DNA from: Anolis carolinensis
Lineage: Eukaryota
Length of the DNA stretch: 64,000 nt
Direction of reading: 5' to 3'
Assembly: GCF_035594765.1 (NCBI RefSeq)
Contig: NC_085843.1
Location: forward strand, 242,707,971-242,771,970
Both the position numbers and the translations under genes were made by a program. Shown here in pieces: positions 27,531-40,394 of the stretch (position 1 is the stretch's first letter; each line of letters starts with the position of its first letter). The notes beneath the pieces were generated by a model that worked only from the letters and a program-made list of their open reading frames with translations, was not told the DNA's origin and made no database searches.

Positions 27531-27846
27531 TCAGTCTCGCCGCCGTTAATAGGTTGGAAATTAATTCCTTCATTTCTTGTGAGGATATAATATTATCATA
27601 CAATGATAAAATTGCTATTTCTGGTTTACCTTTTATCTCTGTTTTTATTATTGCTCTTATTTCCTTGAATAATATTTTCTAAAAATTTTGTATAAAGTTA
27701 CAGTTAAAGTCCCAGATCTAGGCGAATTTCTACTCACATTACGTAATTACAAAAATCTGCTCTGCTGGGTTGGAGTGATCTGAGGCTGAGATAGTGTGAC
27801 TTCCTCTACGTCATCTAGAGTTTCCATGGTCAAGCATGATTTAAAT

Positions 27847-27966
27847 CAGGGCATGGGCAAACTTCGGCCCTCCAGGTGTTTTGGACTTCAACTCCCACAA
27901 TTCCCAGTTAGAAATTGTGAGAGTTGAAGCCCTAAACATGTGGAAGGCTGAAGTTTGTCCATGCCT
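27847..27966. mobile_element. Short hAT MITE inside a MIR-like SINE relic
   Basis: GGCATGGGCAAACTT...AAGTTTGTCCATGCC; same family as 29785-29916. Confidence 0.7.
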
Positions 27967-28029
27967 AAATGATAGTCATCCAGACTCCTAGTCCAACATC
28001 ATGCTGTCTCTTAATAATAGGACAGGGCG

Positions 28030-28307
28030 CCTTTAAGCATGGACGGGACGACTAAAGCTGGAGTGGGGGCGGAGCCTTCCGTGACTCAGGCCTGCGATTG
28101 GCTGCGATGCGTTCCCGCGCACCTGTGGAGAGAGGAGGGCTCGATCGTTTAGCAGGGATGTCGGTTGTCCCGTTTTGCGCATGCGCCGAATCCGCATTGA
28201 GCAGGCTGAGGCGTTTCTTCCGTTGAGCGTTATGGAGCTGAAGCGGGCTGTCCTTGTTCGTTCCTCCGAAGCCACCGTCTATTCTGCCTGCTTGTGAAGG
28301 TGTAAGT
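28030..28307 (+). promoter_or_regulatory. RNF168 CpG promoter and probable non-coding exon 1 (donor GTAAGT at 28302)
   Basis: GC box GGGGCGGAG ~28066, inverted CCAAT ~28098, NRF1 TGCGCATGCGC 28176-28186, CTTCCG ~28218. The first coding exon has its own acceptor (CCCTTGCAG at 32175). Confidence 0.65.
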
Positions 28308-28604
28308 CGAGCCTGGCCTCTTTTTTTTTCCTGTTGGGGAAGCAAGGCCTAAGAATTCTCCGTAGATTTACCTCACGCAAAGGCGCCTGCGAGGAAGAGC
28401 CGAGGAGGAGAACAGTAGGCCTCGCTCCTGCCAGGCCTCTCCCTTGTTGGCTCTTACTTAGAACAGGATCTGTAAGGGCCTTTTCACTCCTAAACAGGAA
28501 ATTAAAGTATCCCTTATCTGAAATGCTTGGGGCCATAAATGCTCAGGATTTTAGACATTGAAGTACACGCAAATACATCTTGGAGCTGTATTTGCTTCTA
28601 ATAA

Positions 28605-29776
28605 TAATAATAACAATAATAATAAAAACTTTATTTGTACACCGCTCTATCTCCCCGAAGGGATTCAGGGCGGTTTTCAATATAGGTAAAGCATTCAATT
28701 ACCAACACAAAACCACACAAGACAACCGTAATAAAACATAACATAATTACTATTAAAACAAACATGCTCATTTAGAATTAAAAATCAGTTCCAGTACTAC
28801 TCCATTGGGTGAAATTCAACTACCAATGGTCAGGATTCTAGAGTGGGCCTAGACAACTATGAGAAGCTGGGCCAGGGCTAGGTAAAAGTAAAGGTTTTTC
28901 CCTGACATTAAATCCAGTCATGTCCGACTCTGGGGGTTGGTGCGCATCTCCATTTCCAAGCTGAAGAGCCAGCATTGTCCGTAGACACCTCCAAGGTCCA
29001 TGACTGCATGGAGCGCTGTTACCTTCCCGCCAGAGCAGTACCTATTGATCTACTCACATTTGCATGTTTTCAAACTACTAGGTTGGCAGAAGCTGGGGCT
29101 AACAGCAGGTGCTCACTCCACTCCCCGAATTCGAACCTGTGACCTTTCAGTCCACAAGTTCAGCAGTTCAATGCTTTAACACCCTGTGCAATTGGGGGCT
29201 CGGGCCAGGTCTAGTGCAACAAATAACATAGAGATGTGGGGCAGGGGGGGAGAGGTAAGGGCAGGGGGGGAGAGGTAAGGGCAGGGGGGGAGATAGCCAG
29301 GATAGAGCCTGGTTTACTCGATCTCAAGGCCTACTGAGCTGCTATAAGAGGGTTAGACGAGTGCAATGAGGTATCAAGGTATCGTGGGCTGGGGAAGTGG
29401 GTAAAGTGCAAGCAGGGTCCTAACTGGTGGCCAGGGTGGAGTCATTTTCAAAGGACTTATGGAATCACCAGGTTTTCAGGTCCCTGTGGAAGGAGGATAG
29501 TGATGGGGCTTGCCTTATCTCTTGGGGGGGGGGGGCACCACTGAGAAGGCCCTCTCCCATGTCCCCACCAACCATGCTTGGAATACTGATGGGAGCGAGA
29601 GGAGGGCCTCCCCGGAAGATCTAAGAATCCGCACTGGTACATAGGGGGACATGCGATCGCGGAGCTAGGCGGGGCCCGAACCATTTAGGGCTTTATAGGT
29701 CATAGCGTACACCTTGAATTGGGCCTGGCAACTTATCGACAACCAGTGGAGCTGTTTTAATATGGGTGTTATATAT
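28605..29776 (-). mobile_element. L2 LINE 3' portion interrupted by a Sauria SINE
   Basis: Minus-strand ITPILKQLHWLSISCQAQFKVYAMTYKALNG (L2 ORF2 end) and a (TTA)n tail near 28605. Boundaries approximate. Confidence 0.75.
28882..29201 (-). mobile_element. Sauria SINE
   Basis: Reverse copy with a 13-bp TSD GGGCCAGG(G/T)CTAG (28869-28881, 29202-29214). Confidence 0.9.
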
Positions 29777-29784
29777 GTGTATAC

Positions 29785-29916
29785 CAGGCATGGGCAAACT
29801 TCGGTCCTCCCGGTGTTTTGGACTCCAACTTCCACAATTCCTAACAGCCAGGCTCTTAGGAATTGTGGAAGTTGGGAGTCCAAAACACCTAGAGAAACAA
29901 AGTTTGCCTGTGCCTG
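29785..29916. mobile_element. 132-bp hAT MITE
   Basis: TIRs CAGGCATGGGCAAACTT / AAGTTTGCCTGTGCCTG and a perfect 8-bp TSD GTGTATAC. Confidence 0.92.
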
Positions 29917-30959
29917 GTGTATACATTTTCTCTCTCCATATATATATACAGTATATATATGTGTGTGTGTATGTGTGTGTAAATATATACACAATGTTTT
30001 TTTAAAACATATTTTGTGCCACTGAAACATCAGAAAGCAAAGATGCCACTAATCTCAGCCACCCCCATGGATGATGTGGGTGTATTTTGGATTTCAGAAT
30101 TCCAGATAAGGAATGCTCAACCTGTCAATGGTTTTACTACAAAGTTTATTTTAAAAAAAATACTTTTTATTATTTATTGTTTTACCCCACTCCCACCCTC
30201 TGCCCCTCCCCCTGGGCATACAGTTTGTACAGTAAACCATAGAAATTAGATTTGAAATATCAGCCTTAATCTGTTTTTCCACTCCACTTCTTAATACATT
30301 CTTTCAATAATTCCTAACTGGACCCCACATACTTTTAATTGTAATAACCTTTTCTATTTTATCTATATTTTTCAACTTACAATTTGTTATTTTCACATTT
30401 AACATATTAAATAAATAAATAAATAAATAAATAATAAAAATAATAAAACATTTGTGTTCCACCCTGTTTCCTCGAGGGGACTCAGGGCAGATTCCAACAT
30501 ACAATGGCAAACATTCAGTGCCTCCGTAAAACAAACAAATACTGACATAAAATCCCAGAGAAACCCCACAATTGAAAATAGCATTAAAACCTAACATCAA
30601 ATGAAAGCCTAACATCAGAAAATTAAACCTAACATCAATAAATGAAACTACACATAGTCAAACAAAATTATATAATAGCATAAAATCTAAGCAAACATCC
30701 ACATTAATTTCCAGCAGCCAACTAGAGTTCACAAAACAGTGTGGTTTGGTTGTGTAGTCAAACGATGGTGATTGGGCTGGTGTGGGTTAGGAGAGTCCAA
30801 ATCCAAAATAGTTCTCAACCAGGGGCCCGGTAGTGATCTTTCATCATCTAATCCTCTTCCTCTCCATATGCTAGTCAGCATAAGAAGGTCTTTATAGTTG
30901 TTTTTTGAAGGAGAGAAGGGAGGGGGGGCAGCTTTATTTATTTAGGGAGGGAGTTCCAA

Positions 30960-31350
30960 ATTACCCCCAGTTTGTCAGAGCTCACTTTATCTTTTCCAGT
31001 CTCTCACTAAAACAATTTGTGCACATGCTATTAATTTGTCAACCACTCTTTCCTTTTGCATATTATACACTCCTGGTATCCTTGCATGTAATACATTTCT
31101 ATTGCCCATTATTATTTGAAGAGTTAGCATTCTATTTATTTCTCCTTCAATTGTTCTCCAGTACACCTGTACTCTTATCACATTCCCATATCATGTGATT
31201 AAACACATCTCTTTGTTTATAGCTATGCCAACACCTGTCCTTTACCCTGGTTAAAAAAATGTGAAAGTTGTGCAAGAGTCCTATACCATTTTTGGTTTTA
31301 CTAAAAAGTTTCTGTTGTGTTTGACCATACATCACTTAACCCTGGAATAT
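30960..31350 (-). mobile_element. L1-type ORF2 relic with zinc-knuckle remnant
   Basis: Peptide RCWHSYKQRDVFNHMIWECDK (CCHC remnant), frameshifted. Confidence 0.65.
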
Positions 31351-31844
31351 TTTTTGGGCAGAAAACTTAACTGTTTAATTGTTATTTGTAGTGTGCTTTT
31401 CTCCCAAAGCAGCTCATAACCTTAAAAGCTATACAGTTACAAAATATAATTATTAGAATAGACCTATCACATATACTAAAACATGTATTAAAACAATTCC
31501 TAAAACCCTTTATTATTTTGGTATATCTCACCTTTTCTCTCCAAAAAGAGACTCAAAAGCAAAACAATGTTAAAAAATAACTTTAAAATATACCCTTTGA
31601 GACGCCTGATTTGGCCATGGTAGTCCACGCCTTAGTTACATCCCGCTTGGATTACTGCAACATTCTCTACGTGGGGCTGCCTTTGAAGATAGCTTGAAGC
31701 TACAACTAGTCCAAAGATTAGCAGCCATGAAATGAACTGTGCTTTCGGAAAGAGGCAGAAGAGATGTTACAGATAGAACATTTGTATTTGATTTTTGTCT
31801 GCTTTCTCTAAACAACAGTTCTATTTTGTATTGCATTGTTATTT

Positions 31845-32102
31845 TTTTCATTTTTTTTTTTCGTGTCAGGAGCAACCTGAGTTGCTTCTGGAGTGAGAGA
31901 ATTGGCCGTCTGCAAGGACGTTGCCCAGGGGACGCCCAGATGTTTTGATGTTTTTACCATCCTTCTGGGAGGCTTCTCTCATGTCCCCGCATGGAGCTGG
32001 AGCTGATCCACACTCTCCCCAGGTGGGATTCGAACCTGGCAGCTTTCAGGTCAGCAACCCAACCTTCAAGTCACTTAGTCCACTACGCCATCTGGGGGCT
32101 CC
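31845..32102 (-). mobile_element. tRNA-derived SINE, antisense in the RNF168 5' intron
   Basis: Reverse complement of 16338-16599, with TSD ATTGTTATT on both sides. Confidence 0.88.
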
Positions 32103-32183
32103 ATTGTTATTGATTCTAAGACAATATGCAATTTGTGAAGATATTGGTGATGCACTAAGTCACTTTCCCTTGCAGGACTGAAG

Positions 32184-35100
32184 ATGTCAAAAGACTCAGA
32201 GGCTCCTCTCTTGTCTGACTGCCAGTGTAATATTTGCATGGACATTTTTGTGGAACCAGTGACATTACCATGCCAACACACACTCTGCAAATCCTGTTTC
32301 CAACTTACAGTGGAAAAGGCCACCTTGTGCTGCCCTTTCTGTCGTCGGCGAGTGTCTTCTTGGGCACGGTATAATGCCCGCAGGAACACTCTTGTTAATT
32401 CAGAATTATGGGCAAAGATTCAGAAACATTTTCCAGAAGAATGCCAGCGTAGAATTAGTGGACAAGACATAGAAGACAGTGAGTAAAATTGTATTTAATA
32501 TTATGCACATAAAATCTACCTTGATCTGAGAATAGTTTAAATTTGCTATTATTCTGGCACTTACAGCTAATAAATGTTTACCATATAAAGTATATCACAA
32601 TACAGTTTTGAGTGCACTGAGATTAATTTGCATCATTATGTTTTTTCATAGCAATCTTACATAATTGGTTTCTAATAAGTTTTCCTTTCCCCATTTTCTT
32701 TACCATAGCATTCTTACCTCAACCACTACGCTGCTTAAGTAAGCCTGGAGAATTAAGACAGGAATATGAAGCTGAAATAACCAAGGTAAATTTGAAAAGC
32801 AGAATAGCACCTGCTAATTGTTTTATAAGGGATCTCAGGCATCTGCACACAAACCTGGGTTACGGAAAGCAAAGGTTTTCAGCAGTTCACAAAATACTGG
32901 CAGATAAATCAAGCTAAATGTGCAAAGTTTGTATGAATTAAAGAATTAAGGTATCTGTGAAATGTATGATATATAAATGCAAGAGCAGGTTAGAAATAAT
33001 GGGGAAATGCTTGGTTTAGGCAGAAGCAGAACGACGTGCTCATGAAGAAGAAGAGAGCAAAGCAAGTGAACAGTATATTCTAAGACTCCTAGCAGAAGAG
33101 GAGCAAGAGCAGAAGTTAAAAGAAGAATTGAAAAAGCAGATGGAAGAACAGCTTTTACAAGATGAAATGTTGGCACGTGAGCTCAGTTTTAGTTTGGTAA
33201 GTCAAACACAGTAATTCCTTGAACTTGGTTAAATATATTGGCACAGTTATATAATGGCATGCCTTTTTGTTGTTGCTTAGGTGGTAAATTCTGGACATGC
33301 AAAGCAGACAAATACTGAAAACATGTAGCCTTTGTACTATACTGTAGCCACAGTGTTTCTGTGTAACATTTTTCTAACCTTCAAACCCTCTGCTTCCTGT
33401 ATACATAGTAACCTATCATTTATTTAAAATACAGTAATAGCAATATAAAGCTATGTCAAGAGGTATAGCTTAATTGTTTATACTGGGAGAATTTTAACTT
33501 CTGAAATTGCTATACAGTGTCCCCTCACTTTATTGCTGGGGTTAGGTTCCAGGACCACCCGCAATAAGTGAAAATCCGCAAAGTAGGGACACTATATTTA
33601 TTTTAATATTTATACATTATTTTAGTAGTTATACACTCTTTTAAGTCTTTATCAACCAATCGTATGTTGATAAATCGCCGCCTCCTCCCGTTGCCGCTTG
33701 GGCTCCTTTTCTCTCCCTTTGGCTTCTCCTTCCTCCCTTCCTTAGGCTGTAAATTGTAATTTTTTATGATTTATAATAGTCTTTTAGAGTTTATTGAAAA
33801 ACCGTGAAACAGCGAATCTGCAAAAAGTGAACTGCGAAGTAGTGAGGGAACACTGTAGCTCATATATTTTTTACCAATTTTAAAAAAAATTACTTTGGAT
33901 ATAATTAAATGGGCTTATTTGTTAGTGATTGCTGTAACTGATTCTGCCCGTTATTAATGCATCTCTGATTGACTCCATATCTGTGATTGGCCATGTAGGC
34001 ACTTGTACTAATGTCCAGAAAGGATGATTTTGGGGGGGGGATGTTTGTGCATCAATATTTATGTGTATTAGGTAAGTCTTGACTTGTAAGAGTTACTGTA
34101 ATACATTGTAGTCATTTTCATTTGTGTCTTTTTGACATTAAAGAATAGCTCTACTGAGGAGCGTATGCACAATGGTCTGCCTCCTGGTCCATCTCCTGAT
34201 TCCTGCAAAACATCAAAAAGTAAATCAAGCAATTCTGCAGACATTAAAAAGTAAGTCAGATCCTAGGAGTAGTACCAGTAGTGATTGTTACAAGAGATAC
34301 ACTGCTATACAGTGTATATACTGTAGAGGAAGAGGCTTCCTAGTCAGATGATAACTTTGCAGTATCTCTGATTATCCATTAAAATGTGGAAGGATAGCAT
34401 TAAAATAGCAGTCCTCAAAGTGTAGACACTGCTTTTGCAGAAGTCTTTCCACCCCAATTCATTTTTACCTTGGCAGGCTTGTTTCCTTCAGAGTGGACAA
34501 CTGCACTTGTAAACTGAAACCAATCGTACCAAGAAATAAATGATATTGGCATTGTTTTGCATATTGTCTCAATTTATCCGGAATTTAGCAGATATAATCC
34601 TTTCATATGATTATATGTTTTTATAGATACAGTAGAGTCTCACTTATCCAACGTTCTGGATTATCCAACACTTTTTTGTAGTCAATGATTTCAATACATC
34701 GTGATATTTTGGTGCTAAATTCGTAAATACAGTAATTACTACTTAGCATACTGTATATTGAACTACTTTTTCTGTCAAATTTATTGTATAACATGATGTT
34801 TTGGTGCTTAATTTGTAAAATCATAACCTAATTTGATATTTAATAGGCTTTTCCTTAATCCCTCCTTATTATCCAACATATTCGCTTATCCAACGTTCTG
34901 CTGGCCCATTTATGTTGGATAAGTGAGACTACTGTAATAGAAAGCTTGATGTGATGATAAAATAAATAAGTTCTACAGTATGAAATATGTTAATTACAAA
35001 ATGGAAGTAACATATTTTTTTGGTTGGAATTTAGTGATGTATTACATCTTTCTCTTTATTGGCTTTAAAAACAACAACAACACAGCACATATACTATCTC

Positions 35101-37561
35101 TTTGGCTTACTGCCTCGGAGGTGGAACAGAATGGATACTATCAAATGAACAGTTCCTGTTTGATCAATGATTGTGTCTTTAAAGTGCTGCATTACTCTTT
35201 GTTACCTGAAATATTTTTCACTGGAGATTCTAGGAACTGCATGCAAAAGAGTTTTCTGAATTTTCTGAATTTTGCTCATCATTATGTTTATTGTAACAGA
35301 TTCGAATGGCCATCCCCCAGAAATGACTATAAATTATTTTTCATAGTTTCATAATGCACCTCTATTTATCTTGTTAAGTATAATCCAAAAGATCACTATT
35401 GCATTTAGAACACTGTTACCTTTGGGTTTTAGAAATAGTGGCTTACATCACATGTTGCATGAAACTATGATTTACCAGAATAAAACTATGTGTAAAACAA
35501 TCTTATAGGTAAGTTGAGGTTACGTTTTGGGGCCAAAATTATAGCTTTTGATATGACCTATGAATAGGTTGAGGGTAATTCCGCAGAGAGAAGAAAATGC
35601 CAGTGCTACCTGTGGCAACAATCTGCTCCTGGCCGCTATCTTGACACCTTTCTCAGTTTCAACTGCATTGGTTATCACTTTTCACATGCATTGACAACTA
35701 TAGCCAAATCCCAAGGATTGGGGGCTTGCAATCATTTCTCCATTTATAAAAGGGAAAAAGGATGACCCTGCAAATTACAGACCAGTCAGTCTTCTCATTG
35801 ATCTATGGTGGATCAGCTTTCCCTAAATCCAGCTTGCTCCTTGGTATGTTTTCCTATTCCAGCCAGACCTAGAGTTTCTATGCAAGATGTCTTGCATATG
35901 GTAGTTTACTGATTGTATTGAGGAGACTGATTGGTCTGTAATTTGCAGGGTCATTCTTTTCCCCCTTTTCCCTTTTATAAATGGAATAGGGGTCCAGAAA
36001 TCCAAATAGTTCTTAATGACCTTTGATGGAATTGCTTTGCCTAATTCACATCCTAAAGCACTGCATTTTATAGTCTGTAAAACTATATTTTTGTCCTCTT
36101 TAAGGTATTTGTCTCAAAAGTCCTGCAAGATCTTCGCTCCTAAGTTGCTTGTCAGAGAATCAGAAGAAGAAAATACCAGCTGTTCTGGGGTAATGTAAAT
36201 GAAGATAAATTTATTGTATTTTTGTGGAATACATTTGGTGCTTCCTCTGATTAGAACAATTGTGTCAAATTTGTGACTTTCCAAGTGTTTTGAACTTCAG
36301 CTCCCAGAATTCCTTCCCATTGGACAAGCCGGCAGGGATCTCTGGGAGATCCAAATGACTGGAGGGTCATAAGTTTGACACCTCTGAAGTAGAACAACCT
36401 TGCAGAACTCTGTAGTTTATCAAGATATGGGCATGTACCATGTAGCTTTCAATGTTAGCTGCAGTTTATGATTATAAGGGTCCCTGTTTTTAAAATGAGT
36501 GCATGTGCAACCCTGTAAGAAGAACGAACTCTATTTGACAATTTTTATTTATGCTCTGTTTTTTCTAGGTTAGTAACAAAAATAGCTTTACATTAGAGAA
36601 AGAAAGAATGGATGAAATGCTCACAGAATCTCTCCAAACTATCAGTGCAACTAGAAATACTGTGGATTCTTATATAGAACCATCTTTGCTTGACTCCAAT
36701 ATAGGCAACTCAACTGAGCCTAGTTTTCCTGGCTTAGATCTATCATGTCCTTCCACTTGTAAAATGAATGGACTTGTCAGTGTCACAGATAGGGAAGACT
36801 GTGAAACTGTGTGTCTTTTTTCAAAGAGCAGTGAGGCTGGTTATGATGTAAAAAAAGACAATTTTACAGGAAATCTGGATAGGCCAAACCATCCAGGAAA
36901 TGCTGCTCCCCAGGAAACACTTTTTTCTGTGACATCTGATAACCAGCAGGACAGTAGCATTCCAACCTGCAACCAAGTAAAAATGGAAAATAAAAATGAG
37001 TCACTAAAACTGTTTACTACAGAGATTCATAAGAGAAAATCTCAAGAATCACCCTCTAAAACAGTGGTGGATTTGGTTATGAACGATAAAAGAAGAAGAA
37101 CTTTTACACAAATAGATGATGAAGATGATATGGACAATATACAGCAGCAAATATATTTGGAGCAAACAATTTATGAAAGATATAAGCAAGAAGAAGAAGA
37201 TAGACTTTTAGCTCTGCAGCTTCAGAGGGAAATGGACAAAGAACAGAAAACACTAAACCGCAAAAAAGGTTCTCCAGATGAGTACCACTTACGCCCTAAA
37301 ACATCTCAGTCAGAAAGGGAATTTCCAGTTCTTAGAAAACCTTGCAAGAATAGCCAGACTAACAGAGAACAACAAAAATCACGAAGAAGCTCTCATAATG
37401 AGAACCGGAAGCCCTCTAACAAACTTCAGACAAAGTCGTCTCCAAAAGGAGGGAATGTTTTGAACTGTGTCCTTAATAGCCCTGGCTCCAGGAGTTCAGA
37501 ATTATTGCCAAACAAACAAAAAACTATTGTTCAGATGTTTAAGAGACCTGCAACCAGCTAG
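32184..37561 (+). CDS. RNF168: E3 ubiquitin ligase RNF168; exons 32184-32478, 32709-32785, 33020-33196, 34144-34250, 36105-36189, 36569-37561; 577 aa
   Basis: RING finger CNICMDIFVEPVTLPCQHTLCKSC...CPFCRRR; LSKPGELRQEYE; UMI/MIU1 (YILRLLAEEE...QDEMLARELS); MIU2 QEEEDRLLALQLQ; LRM2 RKKGSPDEYHLR. All junctions GT-AG with a continuous frame (1734 nt). Confidence 0.96.
33515..33855. mobile_element. Tc1/mariner MITE
   Basis: TA|CAGTGTCCCCTCACT...AGTGAGGGAACACTG|TA. Close copy at 45160-45502. Confidence 0.88.
34630..34934. mobile_element. Tc1/mariner (Tigger-like) MITE
   Basis: TA-flanked; reverse copy of 16914-17238. Confidence 0.85.
35740..35984. repeat. Inverted pair of CR1 ORF2 fragments
   Basis: 35740-35797 and 35919-35984 are reverse complements encoding the CR1 KGKKDDPANYRPVSL segment. 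Confidence 0.75.
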
Positions 37562-40394
37562 TAGATCAACAGCTGATGTGAAGATTTATAGCATAGAAAG
37601 GGACTATACAATGGATATTGTCGTGAAAATTTGATTTCATATTTCTGAGGGATCAGCTACTCCCGCTTTTATAATGTATGTGTCTCTTGATTGAAAACTA
37701 GTAGTGCCTGCTTTGTAGCTGTTAGGTATGACTTCTTTTTCCTTCCTAGTACATGCATGGTGTTAGGTAGTTCTGAATACCAAAAGGAATATTTGCTTAA
37801 AGCCATCATATACTATACAGCCGGTAGTTTTGTGTCAGAATGTGTAAGCAAAGGAGCTCCCTGTTACACCTCTACATTGTAAATGTATTAGAAAAGAGCA
37901 AATGGCTTTGATTTAGACTGGAGCATAATTTCTAATAAATAGATAGAACTATACTACTATTCTTGCTGTTTGTTGTGCTTACAAGTTACAAGATTTGTAT
38001 GTTAAATATTCCAGAAGCCTTTTTTCACGCCTTTCTCAATGTATGTTTGCAACAGATTACAACGATGCCTTTAGGTCTTCCCATGTAGACTAGTTTTTCA
38101 GATCCATCATCTTATAAATCTTATAATTTGTTTAGAACATTATCTATTAAATTGACTTTTAAGTCTCTTGAGATTATAAACATAGTGTCAATGGACTTCT
38201 TCTGAATAAATTTTAAAATATCTTTAGAAATTACTGAAAGACAGAAGCTGTATTTGGATATATATGCATAATGAGGTTTTTTTGAAATGAGACCCAAGTC
38301 TAAACACAAAATGTATGTTTGTCTCATATACATCAAATACCCATAGACTGAAGGTAATTTTGTATAATATTTGTAATTACTGTATTTCTTCAATTCTAAG
38401 ATACACTTTTTCCTATATAAACATCTCTAAAAATGGGGTGTGTCTAGAATCGCAGTTGTATTTTTGTTGGTGGTGGTACTGGTACTGAAATTTAGGCATA
38501 TCTTACACTCAATAGCGTCTTACAATTTAAGAAATACAATACTTTATGCAGGAAACAAAATTTGTGTACACTGAAATATCAGAAAGCAAAGATATCACAC
38601 AATAAGCCACCCACGTAGGCCCTTTGGGTTCCTGGAATATTTGGGATTTTGGAATTCTGGAAACAGGATGCTCAAATTATATTTATTAATTGAAATATCT
38701 CTGCATAGGTTCTCAACCCACCAAGTGATGAACAAATAAAAAAAATTGGACAGTACTGAGATTAAAAAATAAAAATGCACTGAAATGCTTTTCAACTCTT
38801 AAAATGCATGCTAAAAACAACTCTGGAATCCATTTTTGAAATGATTAACTAGGACTTTTTGACACTGAATAACATGTGGAACCACAGTTTTTGTTTACTG
38901 TCTACCCGAAAGAACTGAAGCCAGCCAAACCTTAGGTAGGGAGTTCCCTAGTAGGGGCACTGCCATAGGGAAAATCCTTTACATAATAATAATAACAACA
39001 ATGACAACAACAACAACAACAACTTATTTATATTCTGTTCTATCTCCTTGAGGGGACTTAGAGTGGATTATAACATACACAGATAGGCAAACATTCAGTG
39101 CCTTTAATACAGTGTAATAACAATTAGATACAAATACACAGAACAAAAGTAAAGGCTTCCCCTTTCATCCCTGGCTTTTTGTGGGCAGTGCTCTTGTTCC
39201 ATTTCCAAACCAAGGAGCCTGTTATCTGTAGATGCCTACTGGTCATGTTGCTGGCATGGTTGCAAGGGCGCCTTTATTACATGTAACCACCAACCTAACT
39301 TTTTCAAGTAAATGCAAAAATTGTAAAGCTAGAGATCTGCTATATCAGAAGGCAACATTGCCCTCACAGGATTGTTGTAAGCTTCCTCACTGAAAACACC
39401 AAGCAAAGTGAACTTGTACTTGTTTTACACTCTACAAATATAGCACTATAGTTCCTTTTTAGTTGTTATGGCTGCTTCCAAAGAATCCTTGCATTTGTGG
39501 TTTGGCATAGCTTTAGAATTCTCTTAAGGAGAACTCTAAATTCATCTCAAAATTCCAAATGTCACAATTCCATAGAATGGAGCCAGGGGAGTGAAAGTGG
39601 CATCAAAGTGCTGTAACTAGTGTGAAAGGAACCTTAGGGCCCTTCCACAAGGCCATATAACCCATAATATCATGGCAGATAATTCACAATATCTGCTTTG
39701 AACTGGATTATATGATTCCACACTGCCATATACATGCAGTCCAATGTGAAGTTTTTGCAGCTGTGTGGAAGGGGCCTTAGTCTTCAGATCAGCGCCTTTT
39801 CCCAATTGGAGTCACTGAATGATATGAACAACCTCTTTCAGTGTAACATGAACTCAATTTGATTCTTTCCATATCTATCTGGATTATCAGATCACTGTTT
39901 TTGGAATCATCTACACTGTAGAATTGATGCAGTTTAACAACACTATAACTACAATGGCTCAATGCTGTAGGATCATAGGAGATGTAGTTTTACAAGGTCT
40001 TGAGCCTTCCCTACCAAAGAGGGCTTGTTCCTCATCAATCTGCAACTCCCAGGATTCAATAGGATTGAGGCATGATGGTTAAAGTGGTGTCAAACTACAT
40101 TCACCAGTATGAACCCTAAGGATCTTACAAAATTACAACTGTTCTTCCTTAGCATTGAACCAATAAGCTTTCAATGGGTGAAAAACTCGAGGCTATATCT
40201 GTTTTTATTGTTGTTTTATTGTTTTTATTGTTATTTTAAAACTAAGTGTATTGTTTTAATCTATTTCTGTAAACCGCTCCGAGCCAAACTGGGAGTAGCG
40301 GTATACAAGTCTAATAATAAATAAAATAAATAATAAATAAATAAACCATGGCACTTAAAAGTGTAAAACTGCATTACTTCTACAGTATATAACG

